A stretch of DNA of 64,000 bases, taken from NCBI GenBank assembly GCA_963821645.1, contig CAWGEQ010000050.1, forward strand, positions 174 through 64,173. The letters run 5' to 3'. Below, piece after piece: positions 40,075 to 49,785 of the stretch (position 1 is its first letter; every line of letters starts with the position of its first letter). The stretch comes from an uncultured delta proteobacterium (lineage in GTDB: Bacteria; Desulfobacterota; RBG-13-43-22). Made by a program: the position numbers and the translations under genes. The notes under the pieces are model-generated. The model was given only the letters and a program-made list of their open reading frames with translations, was not told the DNA's origin and did not search any database.

Positions 40075-40947
40075 TTGTTTATAGGCACTATCCTATATGC
40101 ACTGATCAACAGCGTCATTTTGATTCTGATGGCCCTGGGGTTTAACCTGACTTTCGGAATCAGCGGCGTTTCCAATTTCGCCTATGGGGCGCTCTATGTC
40201 CTGTCGGCCTTTGTGACCTGGATCCTCCTGAGACTGGCCGGGTTGCCCTATGTGATGGCGGCGGCCATCTCCATCCTCTTTACCGCCTTTCTTGGCGGCC
40301 TGATGTACCGTTTCATTCTCATGCGCGTTCGCGGCCAGGCCCTCTCCGAAGTGATCTCCACCTTCGGAATCGGTCTGGCCCTTCTCGAACTTTTTCGCTA
40401 TTTAGGTTTCGTCGGTTTTGAATATTCCCTGCCTGTTTTTATAGACCGGAGTTTCGTCATCGCCGGAGCCCATGTCGATGCCCAGAGGATCGTGATTGTC
40501 CTGGTCAGTGCGGTCCTGCTTTTTTCTCTATGGCTTTTTGTGCACTATACCGCCATGGGGCTGGCTTTTAGAGGGATAGCCCAGGATGAGCGCACCGCCA
40601 TGACCTTTGGCATCGACTCCGACCGTATGGCCATGTGGAGTGTTGCCATAGGGGCCGGACTGGCGGCGGTTGCCGCTACCGTGATCATGCCTCTGGGGAC
40701 CATTTCGGTTGAAGAAGGCTACGATGTCCTGCTCAACGCCCTGGCGGTTTGTATCATTGGGGGCTTAGGGAGTTCCGGCGGGGTGATCGTGGCCGGTCTG
40801 GTGGTCGGATTTGCCCAAAGATTTACCGATTCCTATATCGGGTCTAATTGGACCATGATCGTCAGTCTGGTGGCCATTTTCATAGTACTGGTGATCAAAC
40901 CCTCCGGCTTTTTCGGAAAGCAGAAAGAACTGGAAGAAAGGATTTAA
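40075..40947 (+). CDS. Branched-chain-amino-acid-type ABC transporter permease (LivH family)
   Basis: 290 aa polytopic membrane protein with LivH-like organisation. First permease of a H-M-G-F gene set. Confidence 0.85.
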   Translation: MFIGTILYALINSVILILMALGFNLTFGISGVSNFAYGALYVLSAFVTWILLRLAGLPYVMAAAISILFTAFLGGLMYRFILMRVRGQALSEVISTFGIGLALLELFRYLGFVGFEYSLPVFIDRSFVIAGAHVDAQRIVIVLVSAVLLFSLWLFVHYTAMGLAFRGIAQDERTAMTFGIDSDRMAMWSVAIGAGLAAVAATVIMPLGTISVEEGYDVLLNALAVCIIGGLGSSGGVIVAGLVVGFAQRFTDSYIGSNWTMIVSLVAIFIVLVIKPSGFFGKQKELEERI

Positions 40948-40954
40948 CGGCCCC

Positions 40955-41959
40955 TTGACCAAGCGGAAGGAAAGAATTGATCGTGGAATTAAGATAAGAT
41001 CGGAGGATATTTTCGCCCTTTGTTCCTGGCGTGAAATGCTTTATCTGGCCAGTCCCAGGTTAATCCCGATCATTGGGTTCCTGGTGCTCCCCCTCGTCGT
41101 CAGCTTATACTGGCAGAAGGTGATTCTCTCCGTCGCCGTTTTTTCTCTGCTGGCCATCAGTTGGGATATCCTGGCCCAGAGCGGCATGGTTTCCCTGGGC
41201 CAGGCCCTCTTTTTCGGAATGGGCGCCTACTGTGCCGGAATCATGAATCATTATTTCGGATGGCCCCCTTTCCTGACCATTCCCCTGGCCACCATTCTGG
41301 GTGGTTTTTTCTCTACCCTGGTCCTCCTGCCCGTATTGCGCCTGCGAGGAATCTACTTCGCCATGGTCACGCTCATCATACCGCTCATGCTGGTGAGGAT
41401 CATTGAGGCCTCCAGGATATTCGGAGGGACGGACGGGTTAAGCGGCTTGACCCCCCTTCCCGCCGGTTTATTCGAGTCTTATCTGGTTCTGGGGGTCCTG
41501 CTGCTGGTCCTTTTCGGATTCAGACGTTTGATGGACTCGGATTACGGTCTCGTTCTAAAAGGGATCAATGACAATGATCGATCGGTCATGAATGCCGGCA
41601 TCAACATCTATTGGTACAAGATTCAAGCCTTGTTCATGGCCAGTTCGATCGGCGCTTTTGCCGGTGCTTACCTGACCCATATCTATATGTTCGTGGGCAT
41701 GCCGGTTTTTGCCCTGGATTACTCGATTCTACCCATTGCCGCCGCGGTCGTCGGCGGCCCCGGATCTCTGGCCGGGGCGACATTAGGGGCCTTTCTTCTG
41801 GTGCCCTTATCGGAAGCCTTAAGGGGCTTCGGCGGCCTGCGGATCGTCATCTACGGCATGTTTTTGGTCCTCTTTGTCGTCGCCCTGCCGGAAGGAATCT
41901 TCCACTACATTGTCCGCAAATATCAACAATTCGAACGATGGGTCGAGGTAGAGCAATGA
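40955..41959 (+). CDS. ABC transporter permease (LivM family)
   Basis: 334 aa polytopic protein with SLGQALFFGMGAY, typical of LivM. Its stop overlaps the next ATG (ATGA). Confidence 0.85.
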   Translation: MTKRKERIDRGIKIRSEDIFALCSWREMLYLASPRLIPIIGFLVLPLVVSLYWQKVILSVAVFSLLAISWDILAQSGMVSLGQALFFGMGAYCAGIMNHYFGWPPFLTIPLATILGGFFSTLVLLPVLRLRGIYFAMVTLIIPLMLVRIIEASRIFGGTDGLSGLTPLPAGLFESYLVLGVLLLVLFGFRRLMDSDYGLVLKGINDNDRSVMNAGINIYWYKIQALFMASSIGAFAGAYLTHIYMFVGMPVFALDYSILPIAAAVVGGPGSLAGATLGAFLLVPLSEALRGFGGLRIVIYGMFLVLFVVALPEGIFHYIVRKYQQFERWVEVEQ

Positions 41960-42708
41960 GTGGAACTCCCCTGTTAAGTGTCCAGGACCTGTCCAAGTCG
42001 TTCGGAGGGGTCCAGGCCCTGAGTCAGGTGTCCTTCGATCTCGCCGAAGGTGAATTGCTGGGCGTCATCGGCCCCAACGGCTCCGGGAAGACGACCCTCG
42101 TCAACCTGATCACCGGCTTTGTGAAAGCGACCTCCGGTAAAGTCCATTACCGGTCCCGGGATATTACCAACTGGGCCCCCTATAAGATCATCCGTCTCGG
42201 GGTGGCCAGGACCTTTCAGATGGTCAAGCCCTTTTACCAACTCCCGGCTTATAAAAATATGATTATTCCCCTGTATTCACCCCGGGTGAAACACTTGGCC
42301 GGGGGTAAATATGGGAATCGGGATGCGGTCGCCCTTGACCTTCTTGAAGAGGTCGGATTTGAAAGGGACTCCCATGTGGCCTATAAACCGGCGAGCGTGC
42401 TTCCCCAGGGTTATCTGAAAAGGCTGGAATTGGCCAAGGCCATTGCCTTGCAAGCGGATCTGCTTATTCTGGATGAACTCTTTTCCGGACTCAGCCTGGC
42501 CGAACTGGGCACCATCCTCCCCATCATTGAAAAGCTTCGCCAGGAAGGGAAGACCATTATCATGATTGAACACAGGCTAAGGGAACTTTTCCGCATTACC
42601 AATCGGGTCATCGTCTTGAACTATGGCCGGAAGATCGCTGACGGCCCCCCCCGGGAAGTCATGGAGAGTGACGCGGTCAAAAAGGCCTACCTGGGAACGG
42701 AAGGGTAA
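41956..42708 (+). CDS. ABC transporter ATP-binding protein (LivG family)
   Basis: Starts MSGTPLLSVQDLSKSFGG, with Walker A GPNGSGKTT and Walker B LLILDE. The upstream part of ORF 41611.. overlaps livM out of frame and is treated as an artefact. Confidence 0.9.
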   Translation: MSGTPLLSVQDLSKSFGGVQALSQVSFDLAEGELLGVIGPNGSGKTTLVNLITGFVKATSGKVHYRSRDITNWAPYKIIRLGVARTFQMVKPFYQLPAYKNMIIPLYSPRVKHLAGGKYGNRDAVALDLLEEVGFERDSHVAYKPASVLPQGYLKRLELAKAIALQADLLILDELFSGLSLAELGTILPIIEKLRQEGKTIIMIEHRLRELFRITNRVIVLNYGRKIADGPPREVMESDAVKKAYLGTEG

Positions 42709-42721
42709 ATCAGGAACCACG

Positions 42722-43468
42722 ATGCTTACTATCAGCCATCTAATGGTCTTTTTTGAAAACGCCCTGGCCTTAAACGATTTCAGTATGGAGGTCCATGAAG
42801 GCGAATTGGTCGGCGTAATCGGATCCAACAGCGCCGGCAAGACGACCCTCATGAATACGCTCTCGGGTCTCATTATCGATATGCGTCTGAAGGAAAAACG
42901 AAAAGGCGGGGAGCGCATTAACGTCTATGGTCATATCGTCTATCAGGGGGAGGACGTCACCGAGATGAAGCCGAGTGACCGGGTCAAGAAAGGGATCGTC
43001 CTTTCCAGGGAGAGGCATCCGGTTTTTCCGGAAAGTAGCGTCCTGGAAAATTTGAAAATCGCCGGCTACTTGCGGAAACGGGCCGAGATTCAAGAAACCA
43101 TAGGAACGATCTTCGAGTTATTTCCGGCCCTGGTCAATTTAAAAAATCGCAAAGCCGGATTCTTGAGCGGCGGGGAACAACAGATGCTGGCCATTGGCAT
43201 GGCCCTGGTCGTCCGGCCGAAGCTCCTTCTTTTGGATGAACCGCTTCTGGGATTGAGTCCCGTTATGCAAAAGGTCCTTTTAGAGGGCATCGCCAGCCTG
43301 AAAAAAAGGTCGGGGATTACGGTCTTGTTGTGTGAACAATTTGCCAGACCGGTCCTGCCCATGATCGACCGGGGATATATCATCGAAAACGGAATGTTAA
43401 CCTTAAGCGGGACAGGGGATGAACTCATGGATAATCCGGAGGTAAAATCCGCCTATTTTGGGGTCTGA
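42722..43468 (+). CDS. ABC transporter ATP-binding protein (LivF family)
   Basis: Starts MLTISHLMVFFEN, with Walker A GSNSAGKTT, signature LSGGEQQ and Walker B LLLLDEP. Confidence 0.9.
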   Translation: MLTISHLMVFFENALALNDFSMEVHEGELVGVIGSNSAGKTTLMNTLSGLIIDMRLKEKRKGGERINVYGHIVYQGEDVTEMKPSDRVKKGIVLSRERHPVFPESSVLENLKIAGYLRKRAEIQETIGTIFELFPALVNLKNRKAGFLSGGEQQMLAIGMALVVRPKLLLLDEPLLGLSPVMQKVLLEGIASLKKRSGITVLLCEQFARPVLPMIDRGYIIENGMLTLSGTGDELMDNPEVKSAYFGV

Positions 43469-45159
43469 TGGGAAAAGTGGAACAGGCTAACCAGGGTACT
43501 GTATTTTCAACCTTCGAGGAGACGGCCGAGAGGCGAAAGAACCACACCGCCATCATCTATCTCGGAACCAGATACTCCTACCGGAAATTAAAACATCTTT
43601 CCGACCGCTTCTCTGCCGCCCTTAGGGCTATCGGTGTCAGACCCGGAGAAAAGACCATCATCTATATCCCCAATACGGTCCAATGGGTGGTGTCCTGGCT
43701 TGGGATTCAAAAGGCCGGGGCCATTGCCGTTCCCATCTCGCCCATCTATACGCCGGCCGACCTCCGCTATATTGCCAATGACAGCGGGGCCGAAAGCATC
43801 GTCTGCGCTGACACCAATTTTGGTTATGTCAAGAGGGTGATGCCTGAAACGGGACTAAAACGGGTTATCGTCACCAGGATGGCCGATCTGCTTCCCTGGT
43901 GGAAAAGGAACTTCGGTGTTCTTTTCGATGTCATCCCTAAAGGCAAAATCGCCCTCGGGGGGAATATCCATTCCTTTAGGTCCCTGCTCTTTAACACCCC
44001 CAGGCCCTCCGAGGCCGCCCCCCCCATCTCTCCCAAGGGAAGTGACATCGCCGAAATTCTGTATACCGGCGGTACGACCAAGCACCCGAAAGGGGTGCCG
44101 CTGACCCATGAGCTTTTCTTGGTCAGCGTGGGTGAGCAAATCCGGGTGAGCGAACCCCTAATTCCGGTTGAGGAAAACATCCTCATGGGGAATGCCCCCT
44201 TATTTCACATCATGGGGCAGGCCTGCGCCCTGTCCACCCTCCTGGTGGGGGGTACGCTCATGATCCAGCCCAAGGTAAACCTGGATGCCACCTTCGAATC
44301 CATAGAACGATTCAAGGCCACGAGCATGATCGGCGTCCCCACCCTTTACCGCATGATTCTCGAACATGATCGAACCGATCAATACGATCTGAGCAGCGTT
44401 AAATACTGGTACAGCGCCGGCGACGTTCTACCGGTGGAGGTGGGAAAACGGTGGACCGAGATGTTCGGGAAGGTGATTTATCAAGGGTATGGCGCTACTG
44501 AAACCTGCGGCGGGGTGACCATGTGTCCGGTGGATATCCCTAACCCCCCTAAGAGTGTGGGCCGCGTCATTCCAAGCAAAAAAATCAAGCTGGTAGACCC
44601 TTCGACGCTCGCCCCGGTGGAAGTGGGACAACCGGGGGAGTTGCTGGTCTCCTCCGACTATATGGTTACCAGCTATCTCAATAAGCCGGAAGAAACGGTT
44701 GCTTCCTTCATCGAGATAGAGGGAAGGAAATGGTATCGCACCAACGACATCATGTCCATGGATGAGGATGGCAACCTCTATTTTATCGACAGAACCGTCG
44801 ATACGATTAAACATAAGGGATACAGGATATCGGCCTCTGAAATAGAAGCGGTCCTCCAGGAACATCCCGCCGTTATCGGCTCGTGCGTGGTGGGAGTGCC
44901 CGATGAAAAGGTAGGCGAACGCATTAAGGCCTATGTGGTCCTGAAGGAGGACGTCAAGGGGGTCACCGGTTATGACCTCATTAAATGGTGCCGGGAGCAG
45001 TTGGTTTCTTATAAGGTGCCCCAGTATATCGAATTCCGGGACATGCTCCCCAAATCCAAGGTCGGCAAGCTTCTCAGACGGGAAGTCCGGAAGGAAGAAC
45101 ATAGACGGGCGGAAAAGGACGACACGAGCGACGAGGCTTATAAAGGCGTAGAGATTTAG
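43468..45159 (+). CDS. AMP-dependent acyl-CoA synthetase/ligase
   Basis: 563 aa with the ILYTGGTTKHPKGV AMP-binding motif and YGATE and YRTNDI motifs. Its ATG overlaps the livF stop (TGATG). Confidence 0.9.
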   Translation: MGKVEQANQGTVFSTFEETAERRKNHTAIIYLGTRYSYRKLKHLSDRFSAALRAIGVRPGEKTIIYIPNTVQWVVSWLGIQKAGAIAVPISPIYTPADLRYIANDSGAESIVCADTNFGYVKRVMPETGLKRVIVTRMADLLPWWKRNFGVLFDVIPKGKIALGGNIHSFRSLLFNTPRPSEAAPPISPKGSDIAEILYTGGTTKHPKGVPLTHELFLVSVGEQIRVSEPLIPVEENILMGNAPLFHIMGQACALSTLLVGGTLMIQPKVNLDATFESIERFKATSMIGVPTLYRMILEHDRTDQYDLSSVKYWYSAGDVLPVEVGKRWTEMFGKVIYQGYGATETCGGVTMCPVDIPNPPKSVGRVIPSKKIKLVDPSTLAPVEVGQPGELLVSSDYMVTSYLNKPEETVASFIEIEGRKWYRTNDIMSMDEDGNLYFIDRTVDTIKHKGYRISASEIEAVLQEHPAVIGSCVVGVPDEKVGERIKAYVVLKEDVKGVTGYDLIKWCREQLVSYKVPQYIEFRDMLPKSKVGKLLRREVRKEEHRRAEKDDTSDEAYKGVEI

Positions 45160-45183
45160 CCACCTTTCCTCTGCAGGGCTTCA

Positions 45184-45210
45184 TAGGGACGGGTTTTAAG
45201 CCCGTCCCTA
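45184..45210. terminator. Hairpin between convergent ligase and response-regulator genes
   Basis: TAGGGACGGG-ttttaag-CCCGTCCCTA is a perfect 10-bp stem. There is no immediate T run on either side. Confidence 0.4.
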
Positions 45211-45245
45211 CGAGGGATTTTCATCTTTCGTGGCGCCCCCGTCCC

Positions 45246-45752
45246 TTAAGCCCCGTATTTCATTTTCTCATTAAATTCTTTCCAAAATTTTTCGTCCTTA
45301 TTCTGCCAGTCAGGCCCGAAACGTTTACTGAAGAAATCCTCTAATTTTTCAAAAAGCCGTTTCCACCCCGGCATAGTCTCATAGCGGAGTACATCCTCCA
45401 GGAAAGGGACGAGCTCTCCCAATTTTTCTTTCGGTAGATACGCCCTGGCCCCTGATTCAATGGACCGTTTCAAGGCATCAGGGGATAAGGCATGGGCCGT
45501 GAGCATGGCCACCGGAAACTTGCGGTTAACGGCCAGTTCCAACAGATCAAACCCGCGGACCCCCATGATGTCCAGGATCACCAGATCATAAGTCCAGGAA
45601 ATCATCAACTCGACCGCTTCCTCATAGGACGATGCTTTATCCAATTTACAGTCCGGACAAGCCTCCAGGATTTCTTCTTCAATCACGGCTAAAACATCCG
45701 GTTCATCATCCACTGCCAACAAACGCTTATTTTTTAATAGGCTCTCTTTCAT
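45246..45752 (-). CDS. Response regulator, receiver domain with short uncharacterised C-terminal tail
   Basis: 168 aa with RLLAVDDEPDV...DLVILDIMG (phospho-acceptor Asp context). No recognisable output domain. Confidence 0.8.
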   Translation of the reverse strand: MKESLLKNKRLLAVDDEPDVLAVIEEEILEACPDCKLDKASSYEEAVELMISWTYDLVILDIMGVRGFDLLELAVNRKFPVAMLTAHALSPDALKRSIESGARAYLPKEKLGELVPFLEDVLRYETMPGWKRLFEKLEDFFSKRFGPDWQNKDEKFWKEFNEKMKYGA

Positions 45753-45817
45753 AAAATCTCCTCCTTATCGACTGTATTAGGACTGATATACGCTTATTTG
45801 TTCAAGACCTTCTGATC

Positions 45818-46642
45818 TTACCGCTCTTTAATGTTAAGGGGAGGGATTCGAACCATGAACCGGCTTCCCAATCCTTCCCGGCTTTTCAAAGTGATTTCAC
45901 CCTCCATGGCCTCTACCAGGCTTTTTACCCCGCTGAGTCCCAGCCCAAGTCCGGATATTTGGTCCATTTCCTGGTTGCTCAACCGAATAAAACGTTCAAA
46001 AATACTCTTTTGCCCATCCAATGGGATCCCCCGGCCGTCGTCCTCCACAGCCATCAACAGGTCCCGGTCGCCTTCAATGGTGATCGAGAGTCGCTGGCGG
46101 CGGTATTTCATTCCGTTGCTGATCAGGTTCCGAAGAATCTGTTGAACTTTTCTTGGGTCGTGGGCAAAGGGTTCCTCTTTATACCGGCCGGATATCTCAA
46201 AAAAAATCCCTTGTCCGGCTAAAAGCTGTTTAAATTTTTCAATAGATTCGACTTGGCAAAGATCTTCCATATCCTTTCCCGGGTTGACTTCCAGAATATC
46301 TATCAAAGCCTCTTTCAGGACAGTTTCCGGGTAAAACAACTCGGGTTGGAATACCTTGGCCTCACAACGGAAAATCTCGATCATCTGCTGAAGAAGATTC
46401 TGAGCTTTTCGGGTATTTCTTAAAATCCGTTCCAGGACGATTCGTTGGTTTTCATCCAAGGAGCCGTTTTTATCTCCTTTTTGGAGTAGTTTCTGGGCAC
46501 TTACGGAAACTATAGATAGGGGTCCTCTCATGTCATGAATGAATAAATCGAGCAATTCCCCGCTCTTCTGCTTTCCGGAATCGTTGTTCGGCTGTCCCGG
46601 TATAACCTCTTTTTTTCTAAATAAATGTTTCCAGTAATTCAT
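45818..46642 (-). CDS. Cytoplasmic histidine kinase (HisKA + HATPase_c)
   Basis: 274 aa with H-box FIHDMRGPL, N-box LISNGMKY and G-boxes DDGRGI...GLGLGLS. No transmembrane segment. Confidence 0.85.
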   Translation of the reverse strand: MNYWKHLFRKKEVIPGQPNNDSGKQKSGELLDLFIHDMRGPLSIVSVSAQKLLQKGDKNGSLDENQRIVLERILRNTRKAQNLLQQMIEIFRCEAKVFQPELFYPETVLKEALIDILEVNPGKDMEDLCQVESIEKFKQLLAGQGIFFEISGRYKEEPFAHDPRKVQQILRNLISNGMKYRRQRLSITIEGDRDLLMAVEDDGRGIPLDGQKSIFERFIRLSNQEMDQISGLGLGLSGVKSLVEAMEGEITLKSREGLGSRFMVRIPPLNIKER

Positions 46643-47102
46643 CTTTAGCTAACCGGAGAAGAATAGAAAAAGTGCACCTAATCAGGTATGGGTTAAATTG
46701 AATTAGTTTTGGTATCCCACCGAGTTAAGAATAATCATCGAATAACGGATTCAATAATTTTTTATGCTTGATACGACTTTTTTGTCAAGATAAATATTAG
46801 TCCGCCCTTAAATCGGTATAAAGGGGCGACCTCAAAGGGGGCTGATTCAATCCGGTTTTCCAAGATTTTAAATTCAAGGAACCACAAGAATCCAAAGGGG
46901 AACTTTCCCAAAGTTATAAAGTGGTTGAAGTCCATTTATTAAAATAGGCTGTATAAAATTAAAAAATGATTTGACATATTTTTTTTTTTGATATATTTTT
47001 GTTTTTTATTCATAAACCGATTTAAAGCGTACTTGGCTGGTACTCGCAGGCATTTAAAATGCCGCGATTTTTTATATTCCCATTAGAAAGGGGTGTTAAA
47101 GC

Positions 47103-47297
47103 ATGTCCATCAATGTGATTGTCAAGGACAACAACATTGAGGCGGGCATAAAGCTGTTACGGAAAAAAATGCAGATGGACGGCCTGAAGAAGGAACTCAA
47201 GCAACGAGAGTTCTATGAAAAGCCAAGCGTCAAGAAAAAACGAAAACAGCGGGAAGCCGCCCGCCGAAAACGAAAGGCCAATCTATACAACCGATGA
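47103..47297 (+). CDS. rpsU: 30S ribosomal protein S21
   Basis: 64 aa with V.VKDNNIE.....LRKKMQMDGL.KELKQREFYEKPS.KKKRK, classic for S21. Confidence 0.93.
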   Translation: MSINVIVKDNNIEAGIKLLRKKMQMDGLKKELKQREFYEKPSVKKKRKQREAARRKRKANLYNR

Positions 47298-47446
47298 TTG
47301 GGCAATTGATCCTTCAGGTTTTAGCCACCTGTTTTAATTTTTAGAGCCTCTCTTTCTTTTCCCTGCCAGACCTGCGGGTTTGAAGGGGAAAGGGAAAAGG
47401 CACTAAAGAGCCTCCTAACTAACCTGACCTCCTCGGCATTTAACCC

Positions 47447-48433
47447 TTGAGTAAAACAAAACCTGGCTGTACGCCCAAACGGTTCCAATGGCTGATTCCG
47501 AAAGACTTAGCCGGAGCCGTTCGGGTGGAAGTTTGGTTAAAAGAGTATCTACCCGACTTTTCACGCCGTATAATCAGAGAACTTTTCCCCGGAGGCGGGG
47601 TTCGAGTCAATGGACGACCGGTATCCAAGGGATTCAGGGCCTCCCCGGGGGATCACCTGGAAGTTGAGATCCCCGGATCATGGAATTCGTTCCCGGTTCC
47701 CGAACAGACACCCAAGCCGTCGGTCGTTTTTGAAGATCAGACCTTTCTGGTTATGGAAAAACCCGGCCTGGTGCCCTCTCATCCCCTCAGTCCTTTTGAA
47801 ACAGGGACTCTGGCCAATGCCCTGGTCTCCAACTGGCCTCAGACAATCGGTGTTGGAAACAAACCCTTGGAACCCGGCCTGGTCCACCGCCTCGACAGCG
47901 GGACATCCGGTTTGCTGGTGGCCGCCTTGGAACAGGGAACATGGTTGCAGCTCAAGAAAGACCTGGCTGCAAGAAAATGGGAAAAGACCTATCAAGCCCT
48001 GGTTGAAGGGGTTCTTCAAGGTCCGCTGACCATTTCCCTTCCCTTGGCCCATGATTCCGGGGATAAGCGAAAAATGAAAGTGCTTCAAGATCCCGGGGAA
48101 AAGTACAGGGGCCGCGTCTATCGGGCCATAACCCAGGTCCAGCCATTAAAAAAATATAACCACCATACCTTGGTCGATGTCAGCCTGATTACCGGGGTAA
48201 CCCACCAGATCCGTGCCCACCTGGCCTTCCAAGGCCATCCCGTAGCGGGAGACATCCTTTACGGGGCGAAACCCGCTGAAAAATTAGGACTCCCCCCGGG
48301 ACGCTTTTTCCTCCATGCCCGTCATCTTTCCCTCCCCCATCCCGTGACCCGGGAACCAATCACCTGCATCTCCGAACTGCCGGAAGATCTAAGGGAAGTC
48401 TTATCCCGTTTAGAATCGATGCCATTAACTTAA
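47447..48433 (+). CDS. RluA-family pseudouridine synthase (RluD-like)
   Basis: Contains HRLDSGTSGLLV (catalytic Asp motif) and GVTHQIRAHLA. The start codon is uncertain (TTG at 47447). Confidence 0.85.
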   Translation: MSKTKPGCTPKRFQWLIPKDLAGAVRVEVWLKEYLPDFSRRIIRELFPGGGVRVNGRPVSKGFRASPGDHLEVEIPGSWNSFPVPEQTPKPSVVFEDQTFLVMEKPGLVPSHPLSPFETGTLANALVSNWPQTIGVGNKPLEPGLVHRLDSGTSGLLVAALEQGTWLQLKKDLAARKWEKTYQALVEGVLQGPLTISLPLAHDSGDKRKMKVLQDPGEKYRGRVYRAITQVQPLKKYNHHTLVDVSLITGVTHQIRAHLAFQGHPVAGDILYGAKPAEKLGLPPGRFFLHARHLSLPHPVTREPITCISELPEDLREVLSRLESMPLT

Positions 48434-48485
48434 GGAAGATTTCATGCCCACATCGTCACCCCGGGGAGAGTTAAACTGCTTCTAC

Positions 48486-48513
48486 GCTTTCAGCTTTCAG
48501 CTTTGAGCTTTCA
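48486..48513. repeat. Four tandem heptamers GCTTTCA/GCTTTCA/GCTTTGA/GCTTTCA
   Basis: Read directly from the sequence. A perfect 16-nt palindrome CCCCTTCCGGAAGGGG follows at 48542..48557. Confidence 0.9.
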
Positions 48514-48606
48514 GTGGAAAGAGGGACCAGCATTTCATCCTCCCCTTCCGGAAGGGGAAAGGGCGGAAGAGAAATTGGTCTTGAAGTTTTTTCACGCTTG
48601 CGAGGG

Positions 48607-49678
48607 TTATTTTTGCAAAAAATATTCTTTTATCTCTTTATCGGTCTTTGGCAGGAATTGCTGAAGAAATTTTTGTTTTAAGGAAAGAATGCGCTTTAGG
48701 CTGTTTTTAAATAATTCTTCGGAAATGGCCCCCTTTTTTATTTTATTCAACAAATAGAAATAGCCCCTTTCTATTTTTTCCGGGTCATGGCAGATCAGTA
48801 AGCTATCGGCTCCGGCCATAAAAGCCAAAAACAGGGCCTCTTCAAGCTCATAGTGCCGGGTGACCGCCCCCATTTCCAGGTCATCGGTCATGACCAGTCC
48901 CTCATACCTCAATGCCTGGCGCAAAAGTCCGGTAATGATGGCCGGGGATAGGCTGGCCGGATACTTTAGATCATAAGCCGGATATTTAACATGGGAGACC
49001 ATGATCGCCCCCGGCTGGATTTTAACCGCCTCTTTAAAAGGGACCAGTTCGACCTTTTCCAATTCGGCTTTATCTTTCAGTTGAATGGGCAGGTCCTGAT
49101 GGGAATCCAGATCGGTATCGCCGATCCCGGGAAAATGCTTGGCGCAGGCGATGATCCCGGCCTGCTGCAATTCGGTTATACATAAGGCCCCAAGCTTGGC
49201 CACCTGCAAAGGGATCGGAACCGTAGGAACGGTCGGCCATCAATCCCTTTGGACCCTGCGTGTTGACATCCAAAACCGGGGCCAAATCCATATTGATCCC
49301 CACCAACTTCAGCTCTTGGGCCTGGGTTTGAGCGAAATAACGGATCCACTCCTCCGGGTCTTCGGAAGAAGCCATGGTCGATGCCGAGGGGAACTGGGTA
49401 AAGGGCGGACCCAAACGGGCCACCGGACCTCCTTCCTGATCGATGGAGATAAAAAGGGGGATGGAAGAAATTTCCATGGCTTTTTCTTGAAGGGAGCGGG
49501 ACAGCTCGGCCAATTGAAAGGGGTCTTGAACATTTCTCTTGAAATAGATCACTCCGCCGATGTGCAGTTTTTTTAAAAAATAAGAAAGATCGGTATTGAA
49601 CTGGGTCCCTTCAAAGCCGACCATAAAAAGCTGCCCGACCAATTCTTCCAAAGACATTTTGCGAATTAGACGTTCCAT
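48607..49678 (-). pseudogene. nagZ: Beta-N-acetylhexosaminidase NagZ (GH3), frame broken by one extra base
   Basis: The N-terminal ORF (ISIDQEGG, LAPVLDV) and the C-terminal ORF (KHFPGIGDTDLDSH) join if one base is dropped near 49208..49213 (...SYGSDPLQVAKLG...). The span is 3n+1. Confidence 0.88.
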
Positions 49679-49785
49679 GATTCACCTTGTCTATTCATTG
49701 AGTATGCCAGGTAATGTTATACCATAGAGGGACATGGCTGCGCCATTTTTGAATCAGCTCGCGACACTGGCATGCTCCGGAGGTT

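Noticed and set aside
41611-41955. N-terminal 115 codons of ORF 41611..42708, and similarly 42623..42721 of the next ORF
   Set aside because: These parts overlap the preceding gene out of frame and are Arg/Cys/Gly-rich nonsense. Canonical ABC ATPase N-termini begin at ATG 41956 and ATG 42722.
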